From assembly GCA_963836495.1 (NCBI GenBank), contig CAWIJT010000003.1, positions 457,667 to 521,666 of the forward strand: a DNA stretch of 64,000 nt, read 5' to 3'. The stretch comes from an uncultured Actinomycetota bacterium. Lineage in GTDB: Bacteria > Actinomycetota > Actinomycetes > Mycobacteriales > Mycobacteriaceae. The notes beneath the pieces were generated by a model. The model saw nothing but the letters and a program-made list of their open reading frames with translations, was not told the DNA's origin and did no database searches. The position numbers and the translations under genes are program-made. This document shows positions 1 to 8,881 of this stretch, piece by piece; within the stretch, counting starts at the first letter, position 1, and every line of letters begins with the position of its first letter.

Positions 1-304
1 CCTCGGCACCTTCCAGAATGGAGGCGTTGATCAGGTTCCAGATGATCAGCCCGAGCGTGACGTAGGGCAGATGCACCGACAACTGGAGATGGAACAGCTT
101 GGAATACAAGCCACCCATCGCGACCGCGGTGGTTCCGGTGGCGATGGTGATCCAGAACGGGCCGAGCACCGACCGGCGGTAGCGCTGTTTGATGTCCTGC
201 CAGCCGAGGTGCAGCCACAGTTCGCGGCGCCGGTAACCGTTGACCAGGTCACCCCAGGCCCGATTGAACGTTTTCGACTGCGCCGCAGCATCGACCACTA
301 TCAT
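1..304 (-). CDS. wzm: ABC transporter permease for galactan export (Rv3783-like), truncated by the left window edge
   Basis: Hand translation from ATG 304: MIVVDAAAQSKTFNRAWGDLVNGYRRRELWLHLGWQDIKQRYRRSVLGPFWITIATG...; the DIKQRYRRSVLG motif is typical of Wzm; adjacent to glfT1 and wzt. Not in the ORF track because it is incomplete. Confidence 0.93.
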   Translation of the reverse strand, partial: MIVVDAAAQSKTFNRAWGDLVNGYRRRELWLHLGWQDIKQRYRRSVLGPFWITIATGTTAVAMGGLYSKLFHLQLSVHLPYVTLGLIIWNLINASILEGAE

Positions 305-357
305 TGGCGCCACTCCTCCCCATCGCTACGCTCTGCATCGTCGTCGGCGCGGGTCAT
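301..357 (-). repeat. MIRU-type interspersed repetitive unit (57 bp) encoding mini-ORF MTRADDDAERSDGEEWRQ
   Basis: Minus strand ATGACCCGCGCCGACGACGATGCAGAGCGTAGCGATGGGGAGGAGTGGCGCCAATGA; its ATG overlaps the glfT1 TGA and its TGA overlaps the wzm ATG; matches the known MIRU core GACGATGCAGAGCGxAGCGATG. Confidence 0.85.
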
Positions 358-1262
358 GACGGCCTTTCGAACAATTCCCGACGTCCCAACCGGCGCAGCC
401 GCAGCCACTCCAGCAGACCTTTCGGGTCGCGTCGGGACACCAGGAAGAACCAGCTGAACCGCAACCATTCCTGGACCAGCAGCTTGCGCAGACCTGGCTG
501 CGCCATCAGGTAGCCGCGATTGCGGTAGGTGAAGTACCGCTTGGTGGCGTCATCGGGATACTGCGTGTGCATCCGACCGCCGAGAATCGGCTTGAACTCG
601 GCCGACCCGCACGGATGCAAGTAGACGGTGTCCAGACAGGTCCCGAACGGCAACCCGGACCGGACCAGCCGACGGTGCATCTCGACCTCATCGCCGCGGA
701 CGAACAGCCGCAGATCTGGAACACCGATGGACTCGAACGCCGACGCCCGGAACAGCGCGCCGTTGAACAGCGAGGCGATGCCGGGCAGCAGGTCCTGGCC
801 CGGCTCGGTACGCAACTCGTCGGCTCGACGGCGCCAGACCAGGCCGCGGCGCAACGGAAATGCCAGCAACTGTGGGTCGTCGGCGTTGCACACCATCGGC
901 GACACCTCGGCCAGCCGATGCTTGCTCGCGCAGGCCAGCAGCGTGGCCAGCACCTGGCTGTCGCTCGGATGGCCGTCGTCGTCCGCCAGCCACACCCAGT
1001 CGGCGCCGAGTGTCAGCGCATGCAGTATTCCGAGCGCGAAACCGCCTGCGCCACCGAGGTTTCGGCGTGATGGTAGGTATGTCGTGGGAATGGGCTGGCC
1101 GGTGACCAAGTCGCCAACTCTGCCGTCGCCGTCGTCGGAAAAATCATTGTCGACGACGATCAGATGGTCCGGCAGCCTGCTCTGGGTGCTCAGCACATCC
1201 AGTGACTTGGCCAGTTCATCGGGCCGTCGGTGCGTGACCACGACGGCGCACACCATGGTCAT
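354..1262 (-). CDS. glfT1: Galactofuranosyltransferase GlfT1 (Rv3782-like, GT2)
   Basis: 302 aa; VVVTHRR, VVDND, NLGGAGGF, WLADDDG motifs; located between wzt and wzm. Confidence 0.93.
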   Translation of the reverse strand: MTMVCAVVVTHRRPDELAKSLDVLSTQSRLPDHLIVVDNDFSDDGDGRVGDLVTGQPIPTTYLPSRRNLGGAGGFALGILHALTLGADWVWLADDDGHPSDSQVLATLLACASKHRLAEVSPMVCNADDPQLLAFPLRRGLVWRRRADELRTEPGQDLLPGIASLFNGALFRASAFESIGVPDLRLFVRGDEVEMHRRLVRSGLPFGTCLDTVYLHPCGSAEFKPILGGRMHTQYPDDATKRYFTYRNRGYLMAQPGLRKLLVQEWLRFSWFFLVSRRDPKGLLEWLRLRRLGRRELFERPS

Positions 1263-1315
1263 GCGCCGCTCCTCCTCATCGCTGCGCTCTGCATCGTCGC
1301 CGGCGGTTCAGTCAT
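1259..1315 (-). repeat. Second MIRU-type unit (57 bp) encoding mini-ORF MTEPPATMQSAAMRRSGA
   Basis: Core GCGACGATGCAGAGCGCAGCGATGAGGAGGAGCGGCGCATGA, similar to the unit at 301-357; ATG 1315 lies in the wzt end and its TGA overlaps the glfT1 ATG. Confidence 0.8.
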
Positions 1316-2120
1316 GTGCGGGCGCTTGGGTTTCGGCGAGTACCTCGCGCACGTGCCGCGCGGCGTCTTCGCCTTCGTAAGCCCGCACCACGTCCTCGAT
1401 ACCGCCGGTGAGCTTGATGACGCCGTGGTCGATCCACATCGCCGTCTTGCACAGCCGAGCCAGGAATTCGTTGGAATGGCTTGCGAATACCAGGATTCCG
1501 GAGCGCTCGACCAACTGCTGCAACCGGGTCTGCGCCTTTTTGAGGAAGTCGGCGTCGACGGCGCCGATGCCCTCGTCGAGCAGCAGGATCTCGGGGTCGA
1601 TGCTGGTGACCACGCCCATCGCCAACCGCACCCGCATACCGGTGGAGTAGGTCCGCAGCGGCATCGACAAGTAGTCGCCGAGTTCGGTGAACTCCGCGAT
1701 CTCGTCGACCTTGGCCAGCATCTGTTTGCGGGTCTGCCCGAGGAACAGCCCGCGGATGATGATGTTCTCGTAGCCGGAGATCTCCGGGTCCATGCCGACC
1801 CCCAGATCGAACACCGGCGCCACCCGGCCGGTCACCACGGCCGATCCGCGGGTTGGCTCGTAGATGCCCGAAAGTAGCCGCAGCAGAGTCGATTTCCCGG
1901 CACCGTTGTGCCCGACCAGCCCGACGCGATCGCCGTGGTTCAGCGACATGGTGATGTCCCGCAACGCCTCGATGACCACCACGTTGGACTCGTTGCGCCC
2001 GATGGCGCCGCCGGCCTTACCCAGGAAGGCCTTCTTCAGCGACCGCGACTTCGCGTCGAAGATCGGGAACTCGACCCACGCGTCGCGGGTTTCTATCCGA
2101 GGTGGGTGCGGACTGGTCAC
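1308..2120 (-). CDS. wzt: ABC transporter ATP-binding subunit for galactan export (Rv3781-like)
   Basis: 270 aa; Walker A GHNGAGKST, signature YSTGM, Walker B LLLDE. Confidence 0.93.
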   Translation of the reverse strand: MTSPHPPRIETRDAWVEFPIFDAKSRSLKKAFLGKAGGAIGRNESNVVVIEALRDITMSLNHGDRVGLVGHNGAGKSTLLRLLSGIYEPTRGSAVVTGRVAPVFDLGVGMDPEISGYENIIIRGLFLGQTRKQMLAKVDEIAEFTELGDYLSMPLRTYSTGMRVRLAMGVVTSIDPEILLLDEGIGAVDADFLKKAQTRLQQLVERSGILVFASHSNEFLARLCKTAMWIDHGVIKLTGGIEDVVRAYEGEDAARHVREVLAETQAPAHD

Positions 2121-2126
2121 AACGGC

Positions 2127-2657
2127 CTAGAGGTATTGCCCAGTGCCGTGACCGGGCCGGCCGACTCCCGGCGGCAGACCACGCTGCTCGCGCATCTGCT
2201 CGATCTGGGCCCGGGCGGCCATCTGCTGGGCGAACAACGCGGTCTGGATTCCGTGGAAGAGTCCCTCCAGCCAACCGACCAGCTGCGCCTGGGCGATGCG
2301 CAGTTCGCCGTCCGATGGCACGACCCCTTCGGTGAACGGCAGCGTCAGACGGTCGAGTTCATCGCGGAGTTCCGGCGCCAGCCCTTCCTCGAGTTCTCGA
2401 ATACTGGTCGCGTGGATCTCGCGCAACCGGCTGCGGCTGGCGTCGTCGAGCGGTGCTGCGCGCACCTCCTCCAGGAGTTGCTTGATCATGGTGCCGATCC
2501 GCATCACCTTGGCCGGCTGCTCGACCAGATCGGTCAGCGACCGGTCTTCTGGGTCTTGGAATCCGGAGTCACGCGCCGTCGCCATGATTCGGGGATCCAC
2601 GCCGCCGATGACCTCGATGTCGTTGTCGTCGTCGTTGCCGCTACTCAAGCCGTTCAC
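2127..2657 (-). CDS. pafE: Bacterial proteasome activator Bpa/PafE (Rv3780-like)
   Basis: C-terminal 176 aa of track ORF 2127..3413; GTG 2657 follows a GAGGAGA RBS; contains EQPAKVMRIGTMIKQLLEEVR and the terminal GQYL motif. Confidence 0.93.
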   Translation of the reverse strand: MNGLSSGNDDDNDIEVIGGVDPRIMATARDSGFQDPEDRSLTDLVEQPAKVMRIGTMIKQLLEEVRAAPLDDASRSRLREIHATSIRELEEGLAPELRDELDRLTLPFTEGVVPSDGELRIAQAQLVGWLEGLFHGIQTALFAQQMAARAQIEQMREQRGLPPGVGRPGHGTGQYL

Positions 2658-2662
2658 TCTCC

Positions 2663-4612
2663 TCAGGGGCCCGGAATCGCCGGGGCGCCGCGCCATTCGT
2701 AGATCCAGGCCGCGCCGTTGTCGTAGATCTTCGCCCACAACTTCGATTTGTCTATCGACACTAGACCGTCGGGCACCTTGAATCCGCGAACCGTCGGCGC
2801 GCTGGTCAGCACATAGCGAATGTTGAGCGCCCGTACCGCCTCGGCGCCCCGCGGGTCGGAGTCGACGTCGGCGTAGGCCCAGAAGTTGAACCGGTAATAG
2901 CCCGGGCCCATTTGCTGGGGGAAGTCGTAATGGGTCCACAGCGGGTGCAGGTCGGCGACCGCGTACATCCACGCGGTGCCGTCGACGTTGGAGTTGCCGA
3001 TCAGGGTCGTGCGCGCGCCGGGCAGCGCCGCCAGGTGCGCCATCGCGTCGAGGTCCTGCTGGTTGATCATCACCGAGTCGTATTTGTCGCCGAACAACAC
3101 CAGGTGCCGGTACAGATACTGTCGCCCGGTGAGCACGGTGGCGAGCACCAGCAGCGCGGCAGTCACTGAAACCCACACCGGTGCAGGCACTTTGACGACC
3201 CGTCTGGCGAGTGCCACCGCACCCGCGACCAATGCGAACACCGCGATGGCCGCCATCGGCGTCACCAACATCGTCACCACAGCCGACAGCCGTCGCGGAT
3301 CGTTGTAGAAGAACTGGCTGAACTGTTCGATCGTGGTGCCGAGCGGATTGCGAAACGGCGCACCCGAGTAGATCGTCGCCACCGTGAGCAGCAGCCAGAG
3401 CGCGGGTGGCCACCAGACTTTCTTGTACAGCAGAATCGCCATGCCGATACCGCTCAGCACGACCAGCCCGTACTGCGTCGGGAAGTCATTGAGATGCCGG
3501 GTGTGCAGCAGCAACGCGTCGATCACGCCCTGCTTGACGGACTTGAAGCTGGGGAACGCGTGCCCGGCGATGATGTCGGCCTGCCCGGCCACCCCGAGGA
3601 ACTGCGGCGCCAGGATCAGCGCCGCCGGCGCCGCCGCCAAGGTCAGGGTCAGCAGATCAGCCAGCCGCCCGCGCACCGGATGCCAGCACGCCTCCAGCAG
3701 CCACCAGGCCAGCAGGAACACGATCACCACGAACCCGCCGGTGAGATGGACCGAGAAGACGCCGACCAGGGCCAGCACCGCCACCGGGAGGCGGTCGCGG
3801 TGCCGAAGCGTCGACGCGGTCAGCACGAACACCGGGATCGCCACGCCGTAAGCCGCCAGGTTGGGCATCGCGGCGGTGCCGAACTCGACGTAGGGCACCG
3901 AGGTGAACGACGCCGACAGCGCCGCCGCCGTCGCGGCGATCCCGGCGGCATACGGCGTGCGGGGCCGCAGCAGGAACCAGGTCAGCATCGCGGCGCTGGA
4001 CGGGAACAGCCACACCGAGGCCGCCACCGCGGTCAGCGTGTAGCCAGTGGTGGGCGCCGCGCCGGTGAGCTGACAGAACACCGCGGTCAGGGCGTGGAAC
4101 ACCGACGGGTAGTACAGCTGCTGATGGGTCTCGACGTTGCGCAGTTCGCCCATGTGGGTCGACGACGCCTGGCCGGTGTCGAGGATGAAGCGCACGGTGT
4201 TCGCGTGCCAGACCGCGTCCCAGGTGCTCGGGATGGACTGCCAGTGCACGATGCCGCGATACGCCGCCCACATGATCAGCAGCGCGCCCAAAGCAATCCC
4301 CGCCGTCACGATCAGCGCCGACCGGCGGTCGACCCCGCGTGCTTCGGCTTCGGTGTCGCGGTAGCCGGCGACCAGGGGCTGCAAACTCGCGGCCACGACA
4401 CACACCACGGCAAGCGCAGCGAGCGCAGTCCAACCGTTCCAAGGGATTCCGAGCGCGCCGAAGGGGATGATCGCCAGCGCGACGACACCGTAGGTCAGCG
4501 CCGGGCCAACTGCGACGGCGACCGGCCACGTTAGCTGTGCGATTCGCGCGACGATTGCCCCCGGCGCGATCAGCAAAAACAATGCGATCAGCGTTCCGAA
4601 CCAGAGCCCCAC
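2663..4612 (-). CDS. Membrane GT-C glycosyltransferase, arabinogalactan galactosaminyltransferase (Rv3779-like)
   Basis: Start re-set to GTG 4612 (MGLWFGTLIAL, as in Rv3779); many TM segments; WDAVWHANTVRFI motif; syntenic position. Confidence 0.88.
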   Translation of the reverse strand: MGLWFGTLIALFLLIAPGAIVARIAQLTWPVAVAVGPALTYGVVALAIIPFGALGIPWNGWTALAALAVVCVVAASLQPLVAGYRDTEAEARGVDRRSALIVTAGIALGALLIMWAAYRGIVHWQSIPSTWDAVWHANTVRFILDTGQASSTHMGELRNVETHQQLYYPSVFHALTAVFCQLTGAAPTTGYTLTAVAASVWLFPSSAAMLTWFLLRPRTPYAAGIAATAAALSASFTSVPYVEFGTAAMPNLAAYGVAIPVFVLTASTLRHRDRLPVAVLALVGVFSVHLTGGFVVIVFLLAWWLLEACWHPVRGRLADLLTLTLAAAPAALILAPQFLGVAGQADIIAGHAFPSFKSVKQGVIDALLLHTRHLNDFPTQYGLVVLSGIGMAILLYKKVWWPPALWLLLTVATIYSGAPFRNPLGTTIEQFSQFFYNDPRRLSAVVTMLVTPMAAIAVFALVAGAVALARRVVKVPAPVWVSVTAALLVLATVLTGRQYLYRHLVLFGDKYDSVMINQQDLDAMAHLAALPGARTTLIGNSNVDGTAWMYAVADLHPLWTHYDFPQQMGPGYYRFNFWAYADVDSDPRGAEAVRALNIRYVLTSAPTVRGFKVPDGLVSIDKSKLWAKIYDNGAAWIYEWRGAPAIPGP

Positions 4613-4721
4613 TCGACTAGTATGGCTGGCCGGGTGACCTGGCTCTGGACGGTGGGGACGTATCCGGGCGCCCGCTACCGTCACGGTTTCGCTTGTAGTG
4701 CAGAGCTCTAAGGTGGCTGGT

Positions 4722-5918
4722 ATGGCATACGACGTCGCCCGAGTGCGGGGATTACACCCGTCGCTCGGGGACGGTTGGGTGCATTTCGATGCGCCGTCCG
4801 GGATGCTCATCCCCGACTCAGTCGCGACCACCGTCTCGACCGCCTTCCGCGGGTCGTTCCCCCGCACGTCCGGTCCGCATCCGTCGGCCAAGCGCAGCGC
4901 CGCGGTGCTGGATGCGGCGCGCCAGGCGGCGGCGGATCTGATCAACGCCGACCCGCGCGGAGTGGTGTTGGGCGCCGACCGCGCGGTGCTGCTGGCGTCG
5001 CTGGCTGACGCGTCGTCGACCCGCGCCGGCTTGGGCTACGAGATCGTCGTCACCCGACTGGACGACGAAGCGAACATCGCCCCGTGGCTGCGGGCGGCGA
5101 ACCGCTTCGGCGCAAAGGTGAAATGGGCCGAGGTCGACATCGAGACCGGCGACCTGCCGCCCTGGCAGTGGGAGAGCCTGATCGGGCCTGCGACTCGACT
5201 GGTCGCCGTGACGTCGGCGTCGGGCACTCTGGGCACGGTCACCGAGCTGCGATCGGTCACCAAACTCGTCCACGACGTCGGCGGGTTCGTCGTCGTCGAC
5301 CATTCCGCGGCCGCGCCGTACCGATTGATCGACATCGACGATATCGACGCCGACGTGGTGGCGATCAACGCCGTCGGATGGGGCGGTCCACCGGTGGGCG
5401 CGCTGGTGTTCCGCGACCCCGCGATGATCAACACCTTCGCATCGATATCGACCAACCCGTATGCGACCGGGCCGGCTCGCCTCGAGGTCGGCGTGCACCA
5501 GTTCGGTCTGCTCGGCGGCTTCGTTGCCAGCATCGAATACCTGGCCTCACTCGATGAGTCGGCTCGCGGCACTCGGCGCGAAAGGCTCGCCACCTCACTG
5601 CAGTCCGCGACGTCTTATATGGACGGGATCTTCGAATACCTGATGGGCTCGCTGCGCTCACTGCCGCTGGTGGTGGTGATCGCCCGGCCCGAGGCGCGGA
5701 TCCCGGTGGTCAGCTTCGCCGTCCACGAGGTGCCCGCCGAGCGGGTGGTGCAACGGCTGGCGGACAACGGCATTCTGGCGATCTCCAACGCCAGCTCACG
5801 GGTGCTCGACGTGATCGGCGTCAACGACGTCGGCGGTGCGGTCACCGTCGGCCTCGCCCACTACTCGACGATGGCCGAGGTCGACCAGCTGGTTCGCGCG
5901 CTGGCCTCGCTGGGCTAG
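4722..5918 (+). CDS. Cysteine desulfurase-like PLP protein (Rv3778c-like)
   Basis: [26 protein letters not shown]-terminus; class-V aminotransferase-like sequence; synteny. Confidence 0.88.
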   Translation: MAYDVARVRGLHPSLGDGWVHFDAPSGMLIPDSVATTVSTAFRGSFPRTSGPHPSAKRSAAVLDAARQAAADLINADPRGVVLGADRAVLLASLADASSTRAGLGYEIVVTRLDDEANIAPWLRAANRFGAKVKWAEVDIETGDLPPWQWESLIGPATRLVAVTSASGTLGTVTELRSVTKLVHDVGGFVVVDHSAAAPYRLIDIDDIDADVVAINAVGWGGPPVGALVFRDPAMINTFASISTNPYATGPARLEVGVHQFGLLGGFVASIEYLASLDESARGTRRERLATSLQSATSYMDGIFEYLMGSLRSLPLVVVIARPEARIPVVSFAVHEVPAERVVQRLADNGILAISNASSRVLDVIGVNDVGGAVTVGLAHYSTMAEVDQLVRALASLG

Positions 5919-6892
5919 ACCGTCAGAACGACCTTTCCGGTCACCTCACCTGCCGACAGCAGACGATGTGCCTCGGCGGCGTCCTGAATCGGCAGGCGTG
6001 CCCCGATGATCGGTCGGACCCGGCCGTCGGCAATCATCGGCCAGACTGAGCGCGTCACCTCGGCAACGACGGCACTCTTGCTGCTGGGCCCAGTCGTCGG
6101 TCGGCCGCGCAGCGTGGTGCCGATGACGTGAGCCCGTTTGCTGAGCAGCTTGGCGATGTTGAGTTCGCCCTTGACGCCGCCCTGCATCCCGATGATCACC
6201 AGCCGGCCGTCGCTGGCCAATGCGTCGACGTTGCGGTCCAGATACGACGCCCCCATGATGTCGAAGATCACGTCGGCGCCCGCCCCGTCGGTGGCTTTTC
6301 GCACCGCTTCGACGAAGTCCTCGTCGTGGTAGTTGATCAAGATCTCCGCGCCCAGTTCGCGACAGAATTCCAGCTTGCCCGCCGATCCCGCGGTGACGGC
6401 GACACGTGCACCCAGCGCGCGGGCGATCTGGATGGCATGGGTGCCGATGCCGCTGGCACCGCCGTGCATCAACAGGACTTGGCCCTCGCTCAGGTGCGCC
6501 GTCATCACCAGGTTCGACCAGACCGTGCAGGCCACCTCCGGGAGGCCCGCGGCGTCCGGCAGGTCGACTCCGCCCGGTATCGGTAGCAGCTGACCGGCGG
6601 GCACCGCGACGTACTCGGCGTAGCCGCCGCCCGCCAGCAAGGCGCAGACTTCTTGCCCCGGCGACCAGTCGCCGACATCGTCGCCGAGTTCCGTGACGAC
6701 CCCGGAGACCTCCATGCCGAGCAGTTCGCTGGCGCCCGGCGGCGGCGGGTACAGCCCAGCGGCCTGCAGCAAGTCGGCTCGGTTGACACCGGCGGCGGTG
6801 ACTTTCACCAACACTTCGCCGCGGCCCGGAGTGACATCTGGGACCTCTTGCCACAGGAGACGTTCGGCGGATTCGGCGACGATGGCATGCAT
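5915..6892 (-). CDS. NAD(P)H:quinone oxidoreductase, MDR family (Rv3777-like)
   Basis: Start re-set to ATG 6892; [15 protein letters not shown] and HGGASGIG motifs. Confidence 0.9.
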   Translation of the reverse strand: MHAIVAESAERLLWQEVPDVTPGRGEVLVKVTAAGVNRADLLQAAGLYPPPPGASELLGMEVSGVVTELGDDVGDWSPGQEVCALLAGGGYAEYVAVPAGQLLPIPGGVDLPDAAGLPEVACTVWSNLVMTAHLSEGQVLLMHGGASGIGTHAIQIARALGARVAVTAGSAGKLEFCRELGAEILINYHDEDFVEAVRKATDGAGADVIFDIMGASYLDRNVDALASDGRLVIIGMQGGVKGELNIAKLLSKRAHVIGTTLRGRPTTGPSSKSAVVAEVTRSVWPMIADGRVRPIIGARLPIQDAAEAHRLLSAGEVTGKVVLTV

Positions 6893-6956
6893 GAACGCCA
6901 ACCTACTACCAGCGAATTCTGGGCTGTTCGAAAGGCGATGTGTCGCATAGCATGAC

Positions 6957-7445
6957 GTGATGGCCGCCCTCATTGCCGGCCGGACAGCCAGCGAGATGCC
7001 CGGGCTTGACATCGCCGAGCAGAAGTCATGGCAGAACTTTCTGGATTCGACCCTGCGGTTGTTCGCGACGCTCAACCGTCAACTCACCGATGAGCACCAA
7101 CTGTCGCTGTTCGACGTCAGGCTCCTCGACGTCTTGGACAACTCACCGGCCGGGCGCTCCCGGATGGGCGATCTCGCCGAGGCGTTGGCGTCGCTGCCCA
7201 GCCGGCTGACTCGCCAGGTCCGCCGCCTCGAAGGCCAGGGTTTGGTGCAGCGCGAAGCGAGCCTGCACGATCGGCGCGGCGTGGTTGCCACCATCACTGA
7301 CGACGGCCGGGCCGCTGTCCAACAGGCCAGGACGACTTACGCGCAGGCCGTGCGGACCTACTTCCTCGCCCCGTTGTCCCGCTCGCAGATCGTCGCGATG
7401 GGGGAGAACTGTCGTCGAATCAGCGCCGCGCTGAAGCAGCCCTGA
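6957..7445 (+). CDS. MarR-family transcriptional regulator
   Basis: 162 aa; MGDLAEAL..SRLTRQVRRLEGQGLV winged HTH, then DRRGV. Confidence 0.85.
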   Translation: MMAALIAGRTASEMPGLDIAEQKSWQNFLDSTLRLFATLNRQLTDEHQLSLFDVRLLDVLDNSPAGRSRMGDLAEALASLPSRLTRQVRRLEGQGLVQREASLHDRRGVVATITDDGRAAVQQARTTYAQAVRTYFLAPLSRSQIVAMGENCRRISAALKQP

Positions 7446-7470
7446 TGACCAAGCCGCTACCCTTGTCCGC

Positions 7471-7560
7471 GGTGGCGTGGCAGAGCGGCCTAATGCACTC
7501 GCCTTGAAAGCGAGAGACGGCTAAAACCGTCCGGGGGTTCAAATCCCTCCGCCACCGCCA
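7471..7560 (+). tRNA. tRNA-Ser (TGA)
   Basis: GGTGGCG/CGCCACC acceptor stem, anticodon arm ctcgc-ctTGAaa-gcgag, long variable arm, GTTCAAATC T-loop, encoded CCA. Confidence 0.97.
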
Positions 7561-7561
7561 T
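7546..7561 (+). repeat. Left 16-bp direct repeat (target duplication) CCTCCGCCACCGCCAT
   Basis: Identical to 8882..8897; immediately precedes the TGT end of the IS. Confidence 0.92.
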
Positions 7562-8881
7562 TGTGATGAGTCGAGTCATGGGTGACAGATGAGTCGCGTC
7601 ATGGGTTACAGATTCCCCGGCCATCGGCCGGGGTTTTTGTTTTGGTTGCGCCAGTAGTTTTTGTGGGCATCGATGTGGTGGCTGCTGAGTACGTGGTGAC
7701 CGGTTTTGCTGATGACGGTGACGGTGGTGGTGGTGACCAGGATCAGTACGGGGGTGCCGGCGTGGGTGCGGCCGATGCCGAGGTGGCGCAGTCGGCTGGC
7801 GTGGCGCAGGGTGAGTTTGCCGAATTGGTCGACGGTGTCGTGGCGGATGCGAAAGTGCGTGTGGGGTTGTTCGGTGGGGTGGGCTTTGGGTCGGGCGAGG
7901 TAGGCCTGGGCGGGGGTGGTGCCTGCTGGCAGGGCGCGGTGTGTTCGCTCGGTGTTGTAGAGGGTGGCGAAGGTGTCGAGCAGGGTTTGTAGTTCGGCGA
8001 TGTTGGCGGGTCTGGGTCGGGCGATGAGCCAGCGTTTGAGGGTTTGGTGAAAGCGTTCGATTTTGCCTTGGGTTTGCGGGTGGTTGGGGTGGCCGTTTTT
8101 CTGCTTGACGCCCAGGCCGGCTAGGAGGAGTTCGAAGTCGTTGTGGCCGTGGGTGAATCGTGAGGTGTAGACAGATCCGTTGTCGGTCAAGGTGGAGGCC
8201 GGCAGGCCGTAGGTGGTGGCGGTGGCGGTGAAGCTGGCGACGATGTCTGGGCCGGCCACGCGGCGATAGGCGGTGCAGTACAGCAGGTATCGGGAGTGGT
8301 CGTCGAGCCAGTTGAGGATCTCAGTGTCGGTGCCATCAGCCAGAGTCCAATGCGTGAAATCGGATTGCCAGCACTCGTTAGGTTGGTCGGCGGCAAAGCG
8401 AATGTAGGAGCTTTTCGGGCGTTTGCGTGGCTGTGGAGTGATCAGGCCGTGATGGCCCAAGATGCGGCGGATCGTTGAGGTCGAGGGCACCGGCAGTCCC
8501 TGTCGGGCCAGGTGCCATTGCACGGTGATGGGGCCGGCGTCGAGTCCCTCGGCGGTCAACGTTTCGCGCAGCACCACGATCGCGGCGATGACCTCATCGG
8601 GCACCGCGCGAGGGTTGCTGGCGGGACGTCGCGATCGTGGGTCGACGGCCTCCAAACCGCCTTGGCGGTAGCGCTCGATCAGACGATAAATGTGTTGCCG
8701 CGACATCCCGTACGCCTGGGCTGCAGCACTCACCGACAAGTGACCACTGACGACTTCCAACACGACCACACGCGCTCTCGACATGAGCCATGACTGTCAC
8801 CTATGACGCGACTCATCACGAGACGTTGCAGGTGTCACCTATGACGCGACTCATCTGTCACCTATGTCGTGAACTCACACA
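7562..8881 (-). mobile_element. IS481-family insertion sequence (1320 bp)
   Basis: TGT...ACA termini; 26-bp imperfect terminal IRs (TGTGATGAGTCGAGTCATGGGTGACA vs TGTGTGAGTTCACGACATAGGTGACA); internal 23-bp repeats; one transposase; 16-bp flanking DR. Confidence 0.92.
7606..8784 (-). CDS. IS481-family DDE transposase (HTH plus rve integrase core)
   Basis: 392 aa; N-terminal HTH, WQSDFT (D), LTDNG (D), QTQGKIERF (E). Confidence 0.95.
   Translation of the reverse strand: MSRARVVVLEVVSGHLSVSAAAQAYGMSRQHIYRLIERYRQGGLEAVDPRSRRPASNPRAVPDEVIAAIVVLRETLTAEGLDAGPITVQWHLARQGLPVPSTSTIRRILGHHGLITPQPRKRPKSSYIRFAADQPNECWQSDFTHWTLADGTDTEILNWLDDHSRYLLYCTAYRRVAGPDIVASFTATATTYGLPASTLTDNGSVYTSRFTHGHNDFELLLAGLGVKQKNGHPNHPQTQGKIERFHQTLKRWLIARPRPANIAELQTLLDTFATLYNTERTHRALPAGTTPAQAYLARPKAHPTEQPHTHFRIRHDTVDQFGKLTLRHASRLRHLGIGRTHAGTPVLILVTTTTVTVISKTGHHVLSSHHIDAHKNYWRNQNKNPGRWPGNL

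Noticed and set aside
2658-3413. Long N-terminal extension of PafE in track ORF 2127..3413
   Set aside because: It overlaps the Rv3779-like gene in another frame; the PafE-like sequence begins at GTG 2657 with a good RBS.
7565-8881. CRISPR-like array from the 23-bp repeats
   Set aside because: The copies are adjacent or inverted at IS ends without unique spacers, and there are no cas genes.
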